Source: Candidatus Gottesmanbacteria bacterium GW2011_GWA2_43_14
Lineage (GTDB): Bacteria; Patescibacteriota; Microgenomatia; 2-02-FULL-39-11
Reading direction: 5' to 3'
DNA: 64,000 nt
NCBI GenBank assembly: GCA_000999095.1
Contig: LCFP01000012.1
Span: 4,140 to 68,139 of the forward strand
Both the position numbers and the translations under genes were made by a program. The notes beneath the pieces were generated by a model, which was not told where the DNA came from, searched no databases, and was given only the letters and a program-made list of their open reading frames with translations. This document shows, piece after piece, positions 17,115 to 27,080 of the stretch. Each line of letters opens with the position of its first letter. Within the stretch, counting starts at the first letter, position 1.

Positions 17115-19286
17115 TTAAAACCTTCTTCTTTTAGGAGGACCGAAGCGGTCACGGCGGGGAGGACCGGAGTCCCTTCTTGGCTGGGGCGGTCTTTTCTTGG
17201 CATCTTCGCCGAAAAGCATGGACAGATTGATGCGGCCCTGGTCATCGATTTCCATGACCCGGACTGTTACTTTCTGGCCGATGGTAACGACATCGTTGGG
17301 ATTGGAAACAAAATCGGTGGCCATCTGGGAAACATGGACCATGCCTTCGCGGCCGGGAAGAATTTCCACAAAAGCGCCGAAGGAGAGGATGCGCCTGACC
17401 AGTCCTTCATAGACTTCCCCCGGCTGGACTTCCTTGATAATACCGGATACCCATTTGAAGGCGATCTCCACTTTTTCCGGATCGATGCCGGCGATGGTGA
17501 CCTGACCGTCATCGTTGACATTGATATCACAGCCTGTTTCGGCAATTATCTGGCGGATGATTTTGCCTCCCGGTCCAATGACTTCGCCGATTTTTTCTTT
17601 GGGAATTGTAACGACTTTGATCTTGGGTGCGTATTGAGAAATGTGGGTGCGGCTTTGGGGAAGGACTTTCAGCATTTCTTTCAGGATATAAAGACGGGCT
17701 GTCCGGGCTTTTTCCAAAGTCTCTTGAATTATTTCCTGCGACAGACCGTCATTTTTGACATCCAGCTGGATGGCGGTAATGCCTTTTTCCGAACCGGCGA
17801 CTTTGAAGTCCATATCTCCGGTGAAATCTTCGATGCCGATAATATCGGTGAGCAAAACGTATTTATTTTTCGCCCCGACTAAACCAATGGAAATACCGCT
17901 GACGGGACTTTTGATGGGAACACCGGCATCCATTAATGCCAAAGTAGAACCGCAGGTCGAAGCCATGGATGTCGAACCGTTGGAAGACATTATTTCCGAA
18001 ACCAGTCTGACGGTATAGGGAAAACTGCTCTGTGGAGGAATGACCGGCCACAAGGCTCTTTCAGCCAGGGCGCCGTGTCCGACTTCGCGCCTGGAGGGAA
18101 AACCAACTCGGCCCGTTTCACCGACTGAGTATGGCGGCATGCTGTAGTGGTGGATGTATCTTTTGGCTGTTTCGCCTTCCGGACTCTCAATAAGCTGCTC
18201 CATGGACGGTGACCCCAGTGTGGCCACAGTCAGTGCCTGGGTTTGACCCCGGCGGAACATGGCGCTGCCGTGGGTACGCGGCAACAGTCCGACTTCTCCT
18301 TCGATATCTCTAATTTCGTCTGCTTTTCTGCCGTCCGGTCTTTTGTTTTTTTCAAGAATGTTCCTGCGGATTGTTTCCTTAAAATTGTATTCAAGGGCTT
18401 TTTCAATGTCTTTCTTGTCATATTCCTCGTCGGTAGCGGCAATTTTATCGATCAGATCCGATGTTTCGTTGCCTTCCCTTTCTTTGCTGACCCGGGTCGT
18501 AACCAAAGCGTCGATTTCTTTCTGGAAATCTTTTTTTATGATGCTTTTAAGTTTTTCGATGTCAGCATCAGGATCAACCACGATTTTTTCCTTGCCTACG
18601 GCTGATTGCAATTCATTGATTAATTTAATGATTTTTTTAATTTCGTCTGAAGCAAATTTGATGCCCGAAAACATGTTTTCTTCACTGATTTCATTGCCGC
18701 CGGCTTCGATCATAACTGTTTTATCAGCGGTGCCGGAAACAATAAGGTCCATATCGGAAAATTCAAGTTCTTTGTCGCCGGGATTGGCGAAAAAACCCTT
18801 GTCGCCGTTTTCCGTCGGCACAAGTCCTACCCGGACGGCTCCGATCGGGCCTTTCCAGGGTAGCGGTGAAATGGACAGGGCGGCACTTACGGCTATCATG
18901 CCTAAAATATCCGGTTCATTCTGGCCGTCAACAGAGAGGATAGTGATAATAACCTGGACATCGTGGTGGTAATTGTAATCAAAAAGGGGCCTGATAGACC
19001 TGTCGATTAACCTGGCTCTAAGAATGGCGTCATCGGAAGGACGGCCTTCGCGTTTGACCCAGCGGCTGCCTTTGATTCTGCCTCCGGCGTACAGCCTTTC
19101 AACATATTCGACCGAGAGGGGGAAGTAATCCAGATTGGATTCTTTGGCCGAGGCCATCACTGTGGCTATGACCATGGTGTCGCCGTAGCGCGCCAGGACA
19201 GCAGCCGTGGCCTGTTCGGCAAACCGTCCGACTTCCAAAGACAGAGTTCGGCCGCCGATTTCCGCTGATTTTGATATGACTTTCAT
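17115..19286 (-). CDS. pnp: Polynucleotide phosphorylase
   Basis: Two RNase PH domains plus KH and S1 domains. Basic RR-rich C-terminal tail. Confidence 0.9.
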   Translation of the reverse strand: MKVISKSAEIGGRTLSLEVGRFAEQATAAVLARYGDTMVIATVMASAKESNLDYFPLSVEYVERLYAGGRIKGSRWVKREGRPSDDAILRARLIDRSIRPLFDYNYHHDVQVIITILSVDGQNEPDILGMIAVSAALSISPLPWKGPIGAVRVGLVPTENGDKGFFANPGDKELEFSDMDLIVSGTADKTVMIEAGGNEISEENMFSGIKFASDEIKKIIKLINELQSAVGKEKIVVDPDADIEKLKSIIKKDFQKEIDALVTTRVSKEREGNETSDLIDKIAATDEEYDKKDIEKALEYNFKETIRRNILEKNKRPDGRKADEIRDIEGEVGLLPRTHGSAMFRRGQTQALTVATLGSPSMEQLIESPEGETAKRYIHHYSMPPYSVGETGRVGFPSRREVGHGALAERALWPVIPPQSSFPYTVRLVSEIMSSNGSTSMASTCGSTLALMDAGVPIKSPVSGISIGLVGAKNKYVLLTDIIGIEDFTGDMDFKVAGSEKGITAIQLDVKNDGLSQEIIQETLEKARTARLYILKEMLKVLPQSRTHISQYAPKIKVVTIPKEKIGEVIGPGGKIIRQIIAETGCDINVNDDGQVTIAGIDPEKVEIAFKWVSGIIKEVQPGEVYEGLVRRILSFGAFVEILPGREGMVHVSQMATDFVSNPNDVVTIGQKVTVRVMEIDDQGRINLSMLFGEDAKKRPPQPRRDSGPPRRDRFGPPKRRRF

Positions 19287-19331
19287 TAATTAATTATAAG
19301 TAAGCAGTTTATTTTCAGGGGAGATTCCGGA

Positions 19332-19601
19332 TTATTTTGATAAATCGAGTTTTTTGATGATCTCCTTGTACCTGGTTTCCGCTTTGCTAGACAAATATGT
19401 TAACAGTCTTCTTCTTTTGGATATCATGCCTAAAAGACCGCGCCTTGAATGGTTGTCCTTGGGATTGCCTTTCAGGTGTCCGACCAGTTTATCTATTTTG
19501 TGGGAGAGGAGAGCAATTTGAACCTCAGGACTGCCGGTGTCTCCTTTTTTGGTGGCGTATTCACCAATAATTTTCTTTTTATCGTCAATCGGAAGCGCCA
19601 T
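19332..19601 (-). CDS. rpsO: Ribosomal protein S15
   Basis: 89 aa with the S15 signature (LLSHKIDKLVGHLKGNPKDNHSRRGLLGMISKRRRLLTYL). Confidence 0.9.
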   Translation of the reverse strand: MALPIDDKKKIIGEYATKKGDTGSPEVQIALLSHKIDKLVGHLKGNPKDNHSRRGLLGMISKRRRLLTYLSSKAETRYKEIIKKLDLSK

Positions 19602-19705
19602 TTAATAAATTAATCCGCCCGTTGTATGTTGGCGGAGATTCATATATAAACCTTAATTTCCTAAGCATTATAATCTAATCCCGGAAAAATTTCAATGAGA
19701 ATTTT

Positions 19706-20743
19706 TTAGAGAAGGGTAGAGCCTTTGTAGATTTTCGGCTTCAACCAGTCTGGAGGGGTTTCCGGAGGTGATCCTGCCTCTCTTACTGACGGGCTTTGTC
19801 CCTGTTGCTGCTGTTTAGGCTGTTGCTGGGGTTGGGTTTTGGGACGGAATGGCTGCTGCTGTTGCTGTGTCTGCTGCTGCTGTCCTGAAACCGGCTGTCT
19901 TTGAAACGGCCGTTGGGGACGGGCAAAAGAAAAAGGTTTTTGGGATTGATCCTGCCTGGGAAACTGCGGCAGATTCTGACCGGTTTTAGCTTGGGATTGT
20001 TTTTGCCTGGCACCGTTTTTGAGCAAAAGTGCGGCTGTTTCAAAAGTGGCGGCTGTAACCTCGGGCGAGGCGAAATTGTTGGTTTCCTCAGATAGTCCCA
20101 TCATAAGATTCGTAGCAATGTCCGGCTCCAGGGACAATCCCATTTCGCTTATAAGAGTGGCGGCTAGCTCTGAAATCGAAGAAGCACTGGTGTCGATAAT
20201 ATTGGCTTTACCGTATTTTTGATTGTTGCCTGCCACATCGATATTGATGAGCGGTTTTTCATTAAAAAGACTCTGGTTCCCGTTATAAAGACTGTCCAGA
20301 TCATCAAGTTTGCTTGCACCGACGGTGATGATGCAATCGGTTGCGCCGCCGCTGTAATTGTACTGCATCATTTCGGGTGTAATGGGGGGATAGCCTTCTC
20401 TTGGTTCGATAACTAAATTAAAAGTATCATTTTCGATATTGTAGCTGACTTTCTCGATGGAGCCTTCCTGGTATGGGAAGGAAATGATCAGATTCCGGCC
20501 GTTTTGACTGCCGATCGCTTTGCCGATTTTGTCCACACCTACTAATTCATTGTAGCCGACAGTCATTTCTGTGGCTGAAACCATTGAAATCTGTTTGCCG
20601 GCTGCCGATAATGACAGATAAAATGAAAGAGCTGCCGCTACTGCATCAAAAGAAGGATTTGCTGGCAGGGCAATTAAAATAGCCTTGGAAGATTCCAGCA
20701 GAGTTCTCGCTTGATTTACTTGGTCCCGATTAAGGTTTGCCAT
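19706..20743 (-). CDS. DHH-family (NrnA-like) domain protein with degenerate catalytic motifs and a Gln/Pro-rich tail
   Basis: The fold resembles the NrnA N-domain, but PDxD is replaced by PSFD, DHH by DVAG, and GDTGRF by SEETNNF. No DHHA1 domain. Ends in a Q/P-rich tail of about 90 aa. Confidence 0.5.
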   Translation of the reverse strand: MANLNRDQVNQARTLLESSKAILIALPANPSFDAVAAALSFYLSLSAAGKQISMVSATEMTVGYNELVGVDKIGKAIGSQNGRNLIISFPYQEGSIEKVSYNIENDTFNLVIEPREGYPPITPEMMQYNYSGGATDCIITVGASKLDDLDSLYNGNQSLFNEKPLINIDVAGNNQKYGKANIIDTSASSISELAATLISEMGLSLEPDIATNLMMGLSEETNNFASPEVTAATFETAALLLKNGARQKQSQAKTGQNLPQFPRQDQSQKPFSFARPQRPFQRQPVSGQQQQTQQQQQPFRPKTQPQQQPKQQQQGQSPSVREAGSPPETPPDWLKPKIYKGSTLL

Positions 20744-20784
20744 ATTTGGGCTTTTAAAAAGACCCCTTTAATATCGGGGTCAAA

Positions 20785-22281
20785 TTAGCCTATAGATATT
20801 ATACTATCACCTGTCAAGACCTCTATGTTTCCGGCCAATCCGACACCGGCTTCTGTACCGGTTTCCGCTTTGGTTATGTCGGTTTTATGAAATTTGAGTG
20901 ATTTGATTTTTGTTCTGCCGATTTCTACATCATTGCGCATGATTTTTATTTGATCTCCTTTGGCTATTCTGCCTGAAGTGACTTTGGCGCCCAAAACAAT
21001 TTCGCCCTTGTAATTGAAGACAGCCAGAACATTGGCTTTGCCGAAGATTTCCACCAGGTCTCCTTTTCTTAAAGCTTCGATAACTTCTTCCAATTCATCC
21101 AGCAGCTCATAAATAATATTATAAGTTTTAATTAGTACTTTCTCCGATTTTGCCAATTTCAGTACCTGATCTGACGGTTTTACGGCAAAGCCGATAATCA
21201 GGGCTTTGGTGGTTTTTGCCAATAAGACATCTGATTCCGAAATATTGCCCACACCTGACAAGATGATTTTTGTCCGGTCTTTAAGGCTGCTAAGGCCTAC
21301 GGAAATAGCTTCCAAAGTACCTGTTGTATCGGCACGGACGATCAACCTTATTTGTTCCGTTAATAATTCATTTTCAGTTGTTTCAACTATCGGTTTCGGA
21401 GATTGAGGTGAAATGGATTTCCCCTGCGGTTTTACTATTTCAGACTCATTTTTCAGGTAAAGGCTGGAGCCGACAGCCGGCAACTTATTCCAGCCTAAAA
21501 CTTCAGCCGGATCCCCGGCGCTGACAGTTTTCAAGGGCTGACCAAGCCAATCTGTTAAAGCCCGTATACGGAATTCCTGCTTATCGGATACGCAATCGTC
21601 ACCGATTGACAGAGATCCCCGGCGTACAATCACCGTGGCTGTAATGCCTTTATTTTTGGATAATAAAGATTCGATAACAACGCCGTGGAATTGACCGCTT
21701 TTTTCTGCTGTTTTAAACAAATCATTCAATACCAGAATCATTTCCAGCAGTTTATCGATACCGCTGCCGTTTTTCGCCGAAACCGGAACAAGCGGAGTTT
21801 CCCCGCCGTACTCTTCAAGTTCGACGCCGTTTTTCGAGAGTTGTTTTTTAACCATCTCCTGATTGAGATTGGGCAGATCAATTTTATTCAAGGCTACCAG
21901 AAACGGGATTTTAGCCCTTTTTATATGTTCAATTGATTCGATAGTTTGAGGTTTGACACCGTCATTGGCAGCGACCACCAGGATGGCGACATCGGCAACG
22001 GTTGCCCCCCGGCTTCTCATTTCGGCAAAAGCCTGGTGTCCGGGAGTATCTATAAAAGTAATTTTTTGGGGAAAAGCAGGTTGTTTTAAAAGGGTTTGAG
22101 GAACATCTATTTGGTAGGCGGCTATGTGTTGGGTGATGCCTCCGTGTTCGCGGGCGGCAATATTAGTTTTTCTTATTGTATCTAAAAGTGAAGTTTTGCC
22201 GTGGTCAACATGACCTAAAACAGCCACTACCGGAGGCCTAGCAGAAACAGTTTGCACATTTGATTTTTTGTTTTTGGCCAT
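20785..22281 (-). CDS. infB: Translation initiation factor IF-2 (short form)
   Basis: GTPase G1 motif [25 protein letters not shown], and C-terminal beta-barrels. Confidence 0.9.
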   Translation of the reverse strand: MAKNKKSNVQTVSARPPVVAVLGHVDHGKTSLLDTIRKTNIAAREHGGITQHIAAYQIDVPQTLLKQPAFPQKITFIDTPGHQAFAEMRSRGATVADVAILVVAANDGVKPQTIESIEHIKRAKIPFLVALNKIDLPNLNQEMVKKQLSKNGVELEEYGGETPLVPVSAKNGSGIDKLLEMILVLNDLFKTAEKSGQFHGVVIESLLSKNKGITATVIVRRGSLSIGDDCVSDKQEFRIRALTDWLGQPLKTVSAGDPAEVLGWNKLPAVGSSLYLKNESEIVKPQGKSISPQSPKPIVETTENELLTEQIRLIVRADTTGTLEAISVGLSSLKDRTKIILSGVGNISESDVLLAKTTKALIIGFAVKPSDQVLKLAKSEKVLIKTYNIIYELLDELEEVIEALRKGDLVEIFGKANVLAVFNYKGEIVLGAKVTSGRIAKGDQIKIMRNDVEIGRTKIKSLKFHKTDITKAETGTEAGVGLAGNIEVLTGDSIISIG

Positions 22282-22308
22282 TGTTGTCGAACCGCAAGAC
22301 TAGCTTAT

Positions 22309-23433
22309 TCATGCTTCTTTCGGTTTCTCTGATTCTTTTTTAGCTTTTGACTCCTTAGCTTTTGCCTGTTTTGGGTCATCCGATACCGACAGGTCATCTC
22401 TTTTACTACTTTTTACCTCTCGGGTTGAATTTTTCTCTACTTTTTCCTTAGTTCCTGTCTCTTCCGGCTCGGTTTTTGCCTTACCTGACTTGGGTTTTAT
22501 ATCAATTTTGTAATCTGTCAGCTTTGCCGCCAGACGGACATTTTGACCGTCTTTACCAATGGCCAGAGAAAGCTGATCATCAGGGACCAAAGCTTCAGCC
22601 AGTTTATTTTTTTCATTGACAATAATTTCAATATCCTTTGCCGGTGCCAATGACTGGGAAATGAAAATTTTGGGATCATCACTCCATTGGATGATGTCCA
22701 CTTTTTCGGCGCCCCCCAGTTCGTTAATTACTGCTTGGACCCTAACGCCTTTTTGACCTACACAGCTGCCGACAGGATCAACACCGGATTGTGTCGAGGC
22801 GACCGCGATTTTAGTCCTATTGCCTGCTTCCCGGGCGATTACCCGTAAGACTACCGCACCGTTATTTACCTCAGGCACTTCTCTTTTGAAAAGCGCTGAC
22901 ACCAAGCCTTTGGAGGCGCGGGAGACAATGATTTCATTTCCACGCATTGTCTGTCTGATACTTTCTATATAAAAGGAAAGTCTTTGATTTAAACGGTATT
23001 TTTCATTAGGGATTTGTTCTTGAGGAGGCATGACTCCTTCTGCACGACCGATATCAACAATTATATTAGGTCCGTCAAACCGCAAAATCATACCGTTGAC
23101 GATAGTTCCTACTTTTGTGGAATAATCAGCTATGATAGCTTTTTTTTCAGCCTCACGTATACGTTGGAGGATGACTTGTTTGGCTGTTTGAGCGGCAATC
23201 CGGCCAAAACCCGCCGGAGTAATGTCTTTTTTATCTTTATAGACTTTAGCTTCTCCTGATTGTGGATCTATAGTTATTTCTAATTCTTCAATCTCTTCAA
23301 TCCCGTAATCTTTACGATACGCTGCCAGGATAGCTGCTTTAATTGTTTCCAGGACAATCTCAGGATCAATACCTCGTTCATTAGCTACCTGGTTTAAAGC
23401 TAGGGCAAATTCACTTCTGACTGTTGCCGGCAT
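22309..23433 (-). CDS. nusA: Transcription factor NusA
   Basis: N-terminal domain plus S1 and 2xKH domains, with a Lys/Glu-rich tail. Confidence 0.85.
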   Translation of the reverse strand: MPATVRSEFALALNQVANERGIDPEIVLETIKAAILAAYRKDYGIEEIEELEITIDPQSGEAKVYKDKKDITPAGFGRIAAQTAKQVILQRIREAEKKAIIADYSTKVGTIVNGMILRFDGPNIIVDIGRAEGVMPPQEQIPNEKYRLNQRLSFYIESIRQTMRGNEIIVSRASKGLVSALFKREVPEVNNGAVVLRVIAREAGNRTKIAVASTQSGVDPVGSCVGQKGVRVQAVINELGGAEKVDIIQWSDDPKIFISQSLAPAKDIEIIVNEKNKLAEALVPDDQLSLAIGKDGQNVRLAAKLTDYKIDIKPKSGKAKTEPEETGTKEKVEKNSTREVKSSKRDDLSVSDDPKQAKAKESKAKKESEKPKEA

Positions 23434-23450
23434 AATAAAACTCCTACTTT

Positions 23451-23476
23451 ATAAAAATTGGTGGGTATTTCCCACC
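23451..23476 (-). promoter_or_regulatory. Hairpin (GGUGGG-aaaua-CCCACC) plus U-run in the nusA 5' leader
   Basis: On the minus strand: gctGGTGGGaaataCCCACCaatttttat, followed by an AGGAG ribosome-binding site and then the nusA start codon. Confidence 0.35.
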
Positions 23477-23586
23477 AGCTTTTATACTTACCAACCCCAA
23501 TTCTAGCATATTGAGCTATTGGGGTGCAACCGAAGAGATGGACAGTTAATATAATAATGTATAGGCGTTTAATTAAATCTTGACTA

Positions 23587-23614
23587 TTGACACCATTTTT
23601 TCCAGTGGTAGAAT
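23587..23614 (+). promoter_or_regulatory. Candidate sigma70-type promoter of rpoBC (TTGACA, 16-nt spacer, TAGAAT)
   Basis: cttgactaTTGACAccattttttccagtggTAGAATatag, about 80 nt upstream of rpoB. Confidence 0.35.
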
Positions 23615-23693
23615 ATAGTAAATTCGCGAGACAAGAGGCGTACAGCTGTCAAAGTACGCTTATTTTGTTGTTTTTGGATCTTCTTTATTCCCG

Positions 23694-26600
23694 ATGCCAA
23701 AATCTAAAACTGAATCCCGGAAACATGAATTGCCCAAAAGAATCTATTGGGGACAACAAACCGATAATCTCCCTGAATTGGATTTAATCCAAGTTCAGAA
23801 AGAGTCTTATAACTGGTTTATCAACCATGGACTTTCCGAACTTCTACAGGAAATTTCACCTGTCGAAGATTTTACCGGAAAAAACTGGAGTTTAACTTTC
23901 GGTAAATATTATTTTGACAAACCCCGTTATTCTCCTGATGACTGTCTGCAAAAAGGTTTAACTTTTGATTCACCTCTTAAAGCGGAAACTACCCTTTTAA
24001 ACAAACAAACCGGTAAGGAAATCCGGCAAGATGTCTTCCTGGGTGATATTCCCTCAATGACTGAGAATGGCACATTTATTATAAACGGTGTAGAGCGTTG
24101 TATCGTCAACCAGATAGTCAGATCTCCCGGAGCATACTTTACCGGTGATACCGACCCCAGTACGGGGAAAATGCTATTCTTAGCTGAAGTCAGGCCACTT
24201 TTTGGATCCTGGCTTGATTTTTCCATCTCCAGAAATGATATCTTGCTGGTCCGAATTGACCGAAGGAGAAAATATGCAGCCACTACGCTTCTTCGGGCAA
24301 TTGGTATTTCTTCAGATGAAGAACTTTTAAAACTTTTTGCCGATGTTGATCCGGATAATACATATATTTCAAACACTCTTTTAAAAGACCCCACAAAAAC
24401 ACAGGAGGAGGCGGTAATTGAGATTTACCGTAAAATGAGACCTGGAGAACCGACCGTATTGGATAATGCCCAGGAACTTTTTAAAAACCTATTTTTTAAT
24501 ACCCGTCGTTATAGCTTAGGATCTGTAGGTCGCTATAAAATCAATAAAAAACTTAAACAATCTGTCGAGAATACGCCTGGAAATTGGGTTCTGACAAAAG
24601 AAGACATCATTGGTATCATCAAGTATCTTATTAGCTTAACAAAGGGTAAAGGAGATGTTGATGATATTGATCATTTGGGAAACCGACGTATAAGGAGAGT
24701 TGGGGAACTGGTTGCAAACAGTGCTTTTAAAATCGGATTAATGAGGCTGGAGAGGTCTATTAAGGAGAGAATGAGCTTGGCACAAACTCAAATGGAAATT
24801 ACTCCCAGCCAGATAGTAAATGCCAGACCTATTATTGCCACAATTAACGATTTTTTCCGCACCAGTCAGTTGTCAACAATATTAGATCAAACAAATCCAT
24901 TGTCAGAGGTAGATAATCTGAGAAGATTAACAGTGATGGGAGTTGGTGGCATTTCCCGTGAAAGAGCTTCATTTTCTATCAGAGATATTAATTCAAGTCA
25001 ATATTCGCGAATCTGTCCTGTAAGAAGTCCTGAAGGTCCTAATATCGGATTGGTTACCTACATGTCTCTTTATGCCAAAGTCAATGAATATGGATTTCTG
25101 GAAGCACCTTACATAGAGGTTAATTTTGACGAAAAACATCAGAAACCTAAAGTTTCGAATAAGATCGTTTATCTGACGGCTGATGATGAACAGGAATCTT
25201 ATATCACCCATGCCAGTGTGCCTATTGATAGTAAAGGTTTTATTGCTGAAGAAAGAGTTGCTGCTCGTTACAAAGGTGACTTTTTGGAAACTGACGCTAA
25301 AAATATTAGCTATATTGATGTTGTTCCAAGACAAGTTGTTGGTATAGCCGCTTCTCTTGTTCCATTCATCGCTCATGACGAAGCTAATCGGGCTTTGATG
25401 GGCACCCACATGCAATGCCAGGCAGTACCATTAGTTAAACCCGATTCGCCAATTGTGGGTACAGGTATGGAAGGGGTTGTACCTCAAGCACTGGGTAGAA
25501 CGATTATTGCACCCGAAAATGCAAAAGTAGCCTATGTTGATGCGCAAAAACTTACTTTAAAAGGTAATAGTGGTAAAGTCTATGAATTTGAGATAGAGAA
25601 ATTTAAAAGAACAAGTCAAAATACCTGTTTTTCCCAAAATCCGTTGGTTTCACTAGGAGACTCGGTAGAAAAGAATCAGCCAATAATAGACAGCCCCGCT
25701 TGTGATAAAGGAGAATTGGCTTTAGGTCAGAACTTGATCATCGCTTACGCTTCGTTTGATGGTATGGGATATGAAGATGCCATAGTTATTTCTGATCGAC
25801 TTGTAAAAGATGATAATTTTACATCGATCTCCATCGAAGAATATGAAACAGAAGTAGTCGATACAAAATTGGGACCGGAGGAAACAACTCGTGATATTCC
25901 AAACGTCGGTGAAGAAGCCTTGGCAAATTTGGATGACAAAGGGATAGTTATAATCGGGGCTGATGTCGGTCCAAATGATATTTTAGTTGGAAAGATCGCT
26001 CCAAAAGGAGAAACGGAATTAACAGCAGAAGAGAGATTATTACGAGCTATATTTGGCGAAAAAGCCCGAGAAGTAAGGGATACATCTTTAAGAATGCCCC
26101 ACGGAGAAAAGGGAGTTGTCATTGATGTTAAAATCCTTGACCGTGAAAAAGGTGACGAACTTCATCCGGGAACTATTAAAAAAATAATAGTAAAAGTAGC
26201 ACAAGTCAGAAAAGTAGTCGTAGGAGATAAATTGGCCGGACGGCATGGTAACAAAGGTGTCATTTCTAAAATTGTACCTGCTTCTGATATGCCATATTTG
26301 CCTGATGGTACCCCTGTTGATGTCATAATTTCTCCCCTTTCCGTCCTTTCCAGAATGAATTTGGGTCAATTATTGGAAGCACATTTGGGTTGGGCAGCCC
26401 AAAAAGGATCATATAAGATAGCTGTTCCAGTTTTCGAACCGATAAAGGAAGAGAGAATTGTATCAGAACTCAAGAAATACAATTTGCCTGTTGACGGTAA
26501 AACAATCTTATTTGATGGGAGAACAGGTGAACCTTATAAGGAACCTGTAGTGGTAGGAATAGCTTATATCATGAAATTAATTCACATGGTTGAGGATAAA

Positions 26601-27080
26601 ACGCATGCCCGTTCAACAGGACCATATTCTTTGGTTACTCAACAACCTTTAGGCGGTAAAGCCCAGATGGGTGGACAACGATTAGGAGAAATGGAAGTTT
26701 GGGCTTTAGAGGCACATCGTTCGGCATATACTTTGCAGGAAATGCTGACAATTAAATCAGATGATGTTGTCGGCCGCGCCCGGGCTTTTGAAGCCATCGT
26801 AAAAGGGACAGATATTCCCGCTTCTACTATTCCGGAATCATTTAAAGTTTTAGTGAAAGAACTACAAGCATTAGGACTGAATGTTATTCCTACGGGTACT
26901 GTTACATATGCTAAAAAAACTACTGGTACCATCGGCAGTGACGATAATCAGGAGGAAGTAGAAAAACAGGCGGCAGCGTTAGCTGAAGCAGCCGGTGTAG
27001 AGATAGTTGAAGTAGGTTCAACTGTTGTTCAGAATGAAGCTTCTGAAGGTGAAAAAGAAATTAAGGAGGTAAAAGAATAA
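23694..27080 (+). CDS. rpoB: RNA polymerase beta subunit
   Basis: 1128 aa with conserved beta-subunit blocks (GNRRIRRVGEL, NPLSE..NLRRLT, RSPEGPNIGL). Confidence 0.95.
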   Translation: MPKSKTESRKHELPKRIYWGQQTDNLPELDLIQVQKESYNWFINHGLSELLQEISPVEDFTGKNWSLTFGKYYFDKPRYSPDDCLQKGLTFDSPLKAETTLLNKQTGKEIRQDVFLGDIPSMTENGTFIINGVERCIVNQIVRSPGAYFTGDTDPSTGKMLFLAEVRPLFGSWLDFSISRNDILLVRIDRRRKYAATTLLRAIGISSDEELLKLFADVDPDNTYISNTLLKDPTKTQEEAVIEIYRKMRPGEPTVLDNAQELFKNLFFNTRRYSLGSVGRYKINKKLKQSVENTPGNWVLTKEDIIGIIKYLISLTKGKGDVDDIDHLGNRRIRRVGELVANSAFKIGLMRLERSIKERMSLAQTQMEITPSQIVNARPIIATINDFFRTSQLSTILDQTNPLSEVDNLRRLTVMGVGGISRERASFSIRDINSSQYSRICPVRSPEGPNIGLVTYMSLYAKVNEYGFLEAPYIEVNFDEKHQKPKVSNKIVYLTADDEQESYITHASVPIDSKGFIAEERVAARYKGDFLETDAKNISYIDVVPRQVVGIAASLVPFIAHDEANRALMGTHMQCQAVPLVKPDSPIVGTGMEGVVPQALGRTIIAPENAKVAYVDAQKLTLKGNSGKVYEFEIEKFKRTSQNTCFSQNPLVSLGDSVEKNQPIIDSPACDKGELALGQNLIIAYASFDGMGYEDAIVISDRLVKDDNFTSISIEEYETEVVDTKLGPEETTRDIPNVGEEALANLDDKGIVIIGADVGPNDILVGKIAPKGETELTAEERLLRAIFGEKAREVRDTSLRMPHGEKGVVIDVKILDREKGDELHPGTIKKIIVKVAQVRKVVVGDKLAGRHGNKGVISKIVPASDMPYLPDGTPVDVIISPLSVLSRMNLGQLLEAHLGWAAQKGSYKIAVPVFEPIKEERIVSELKKYNLPVDGKTILFDGRTGEPYKEPVVVGIAYIMKLIHMVEDKTHARSTGPYSLVTQQPLGGKAQMGGQRLGEMEVWALEAHRSAYTLQEMLTIKSDDVVGRARAFEAIVKGTDIPASTIPESFKVLVKELQALGLNVIPTGTVTYAKKTTGTIGSDDNQEEVEKQAAALAEAAGVEIVEVGSTVVQNEASEGEKEIKEVKE

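Noticed and set aside
17197-18972. Plus-strand ORFs overlapping pnp (for example 18259..18972, 237 aa)
   Set aside because: Antisense to PNPase. Ser/Leu-rich, as expected from the reverse of a coding frame.
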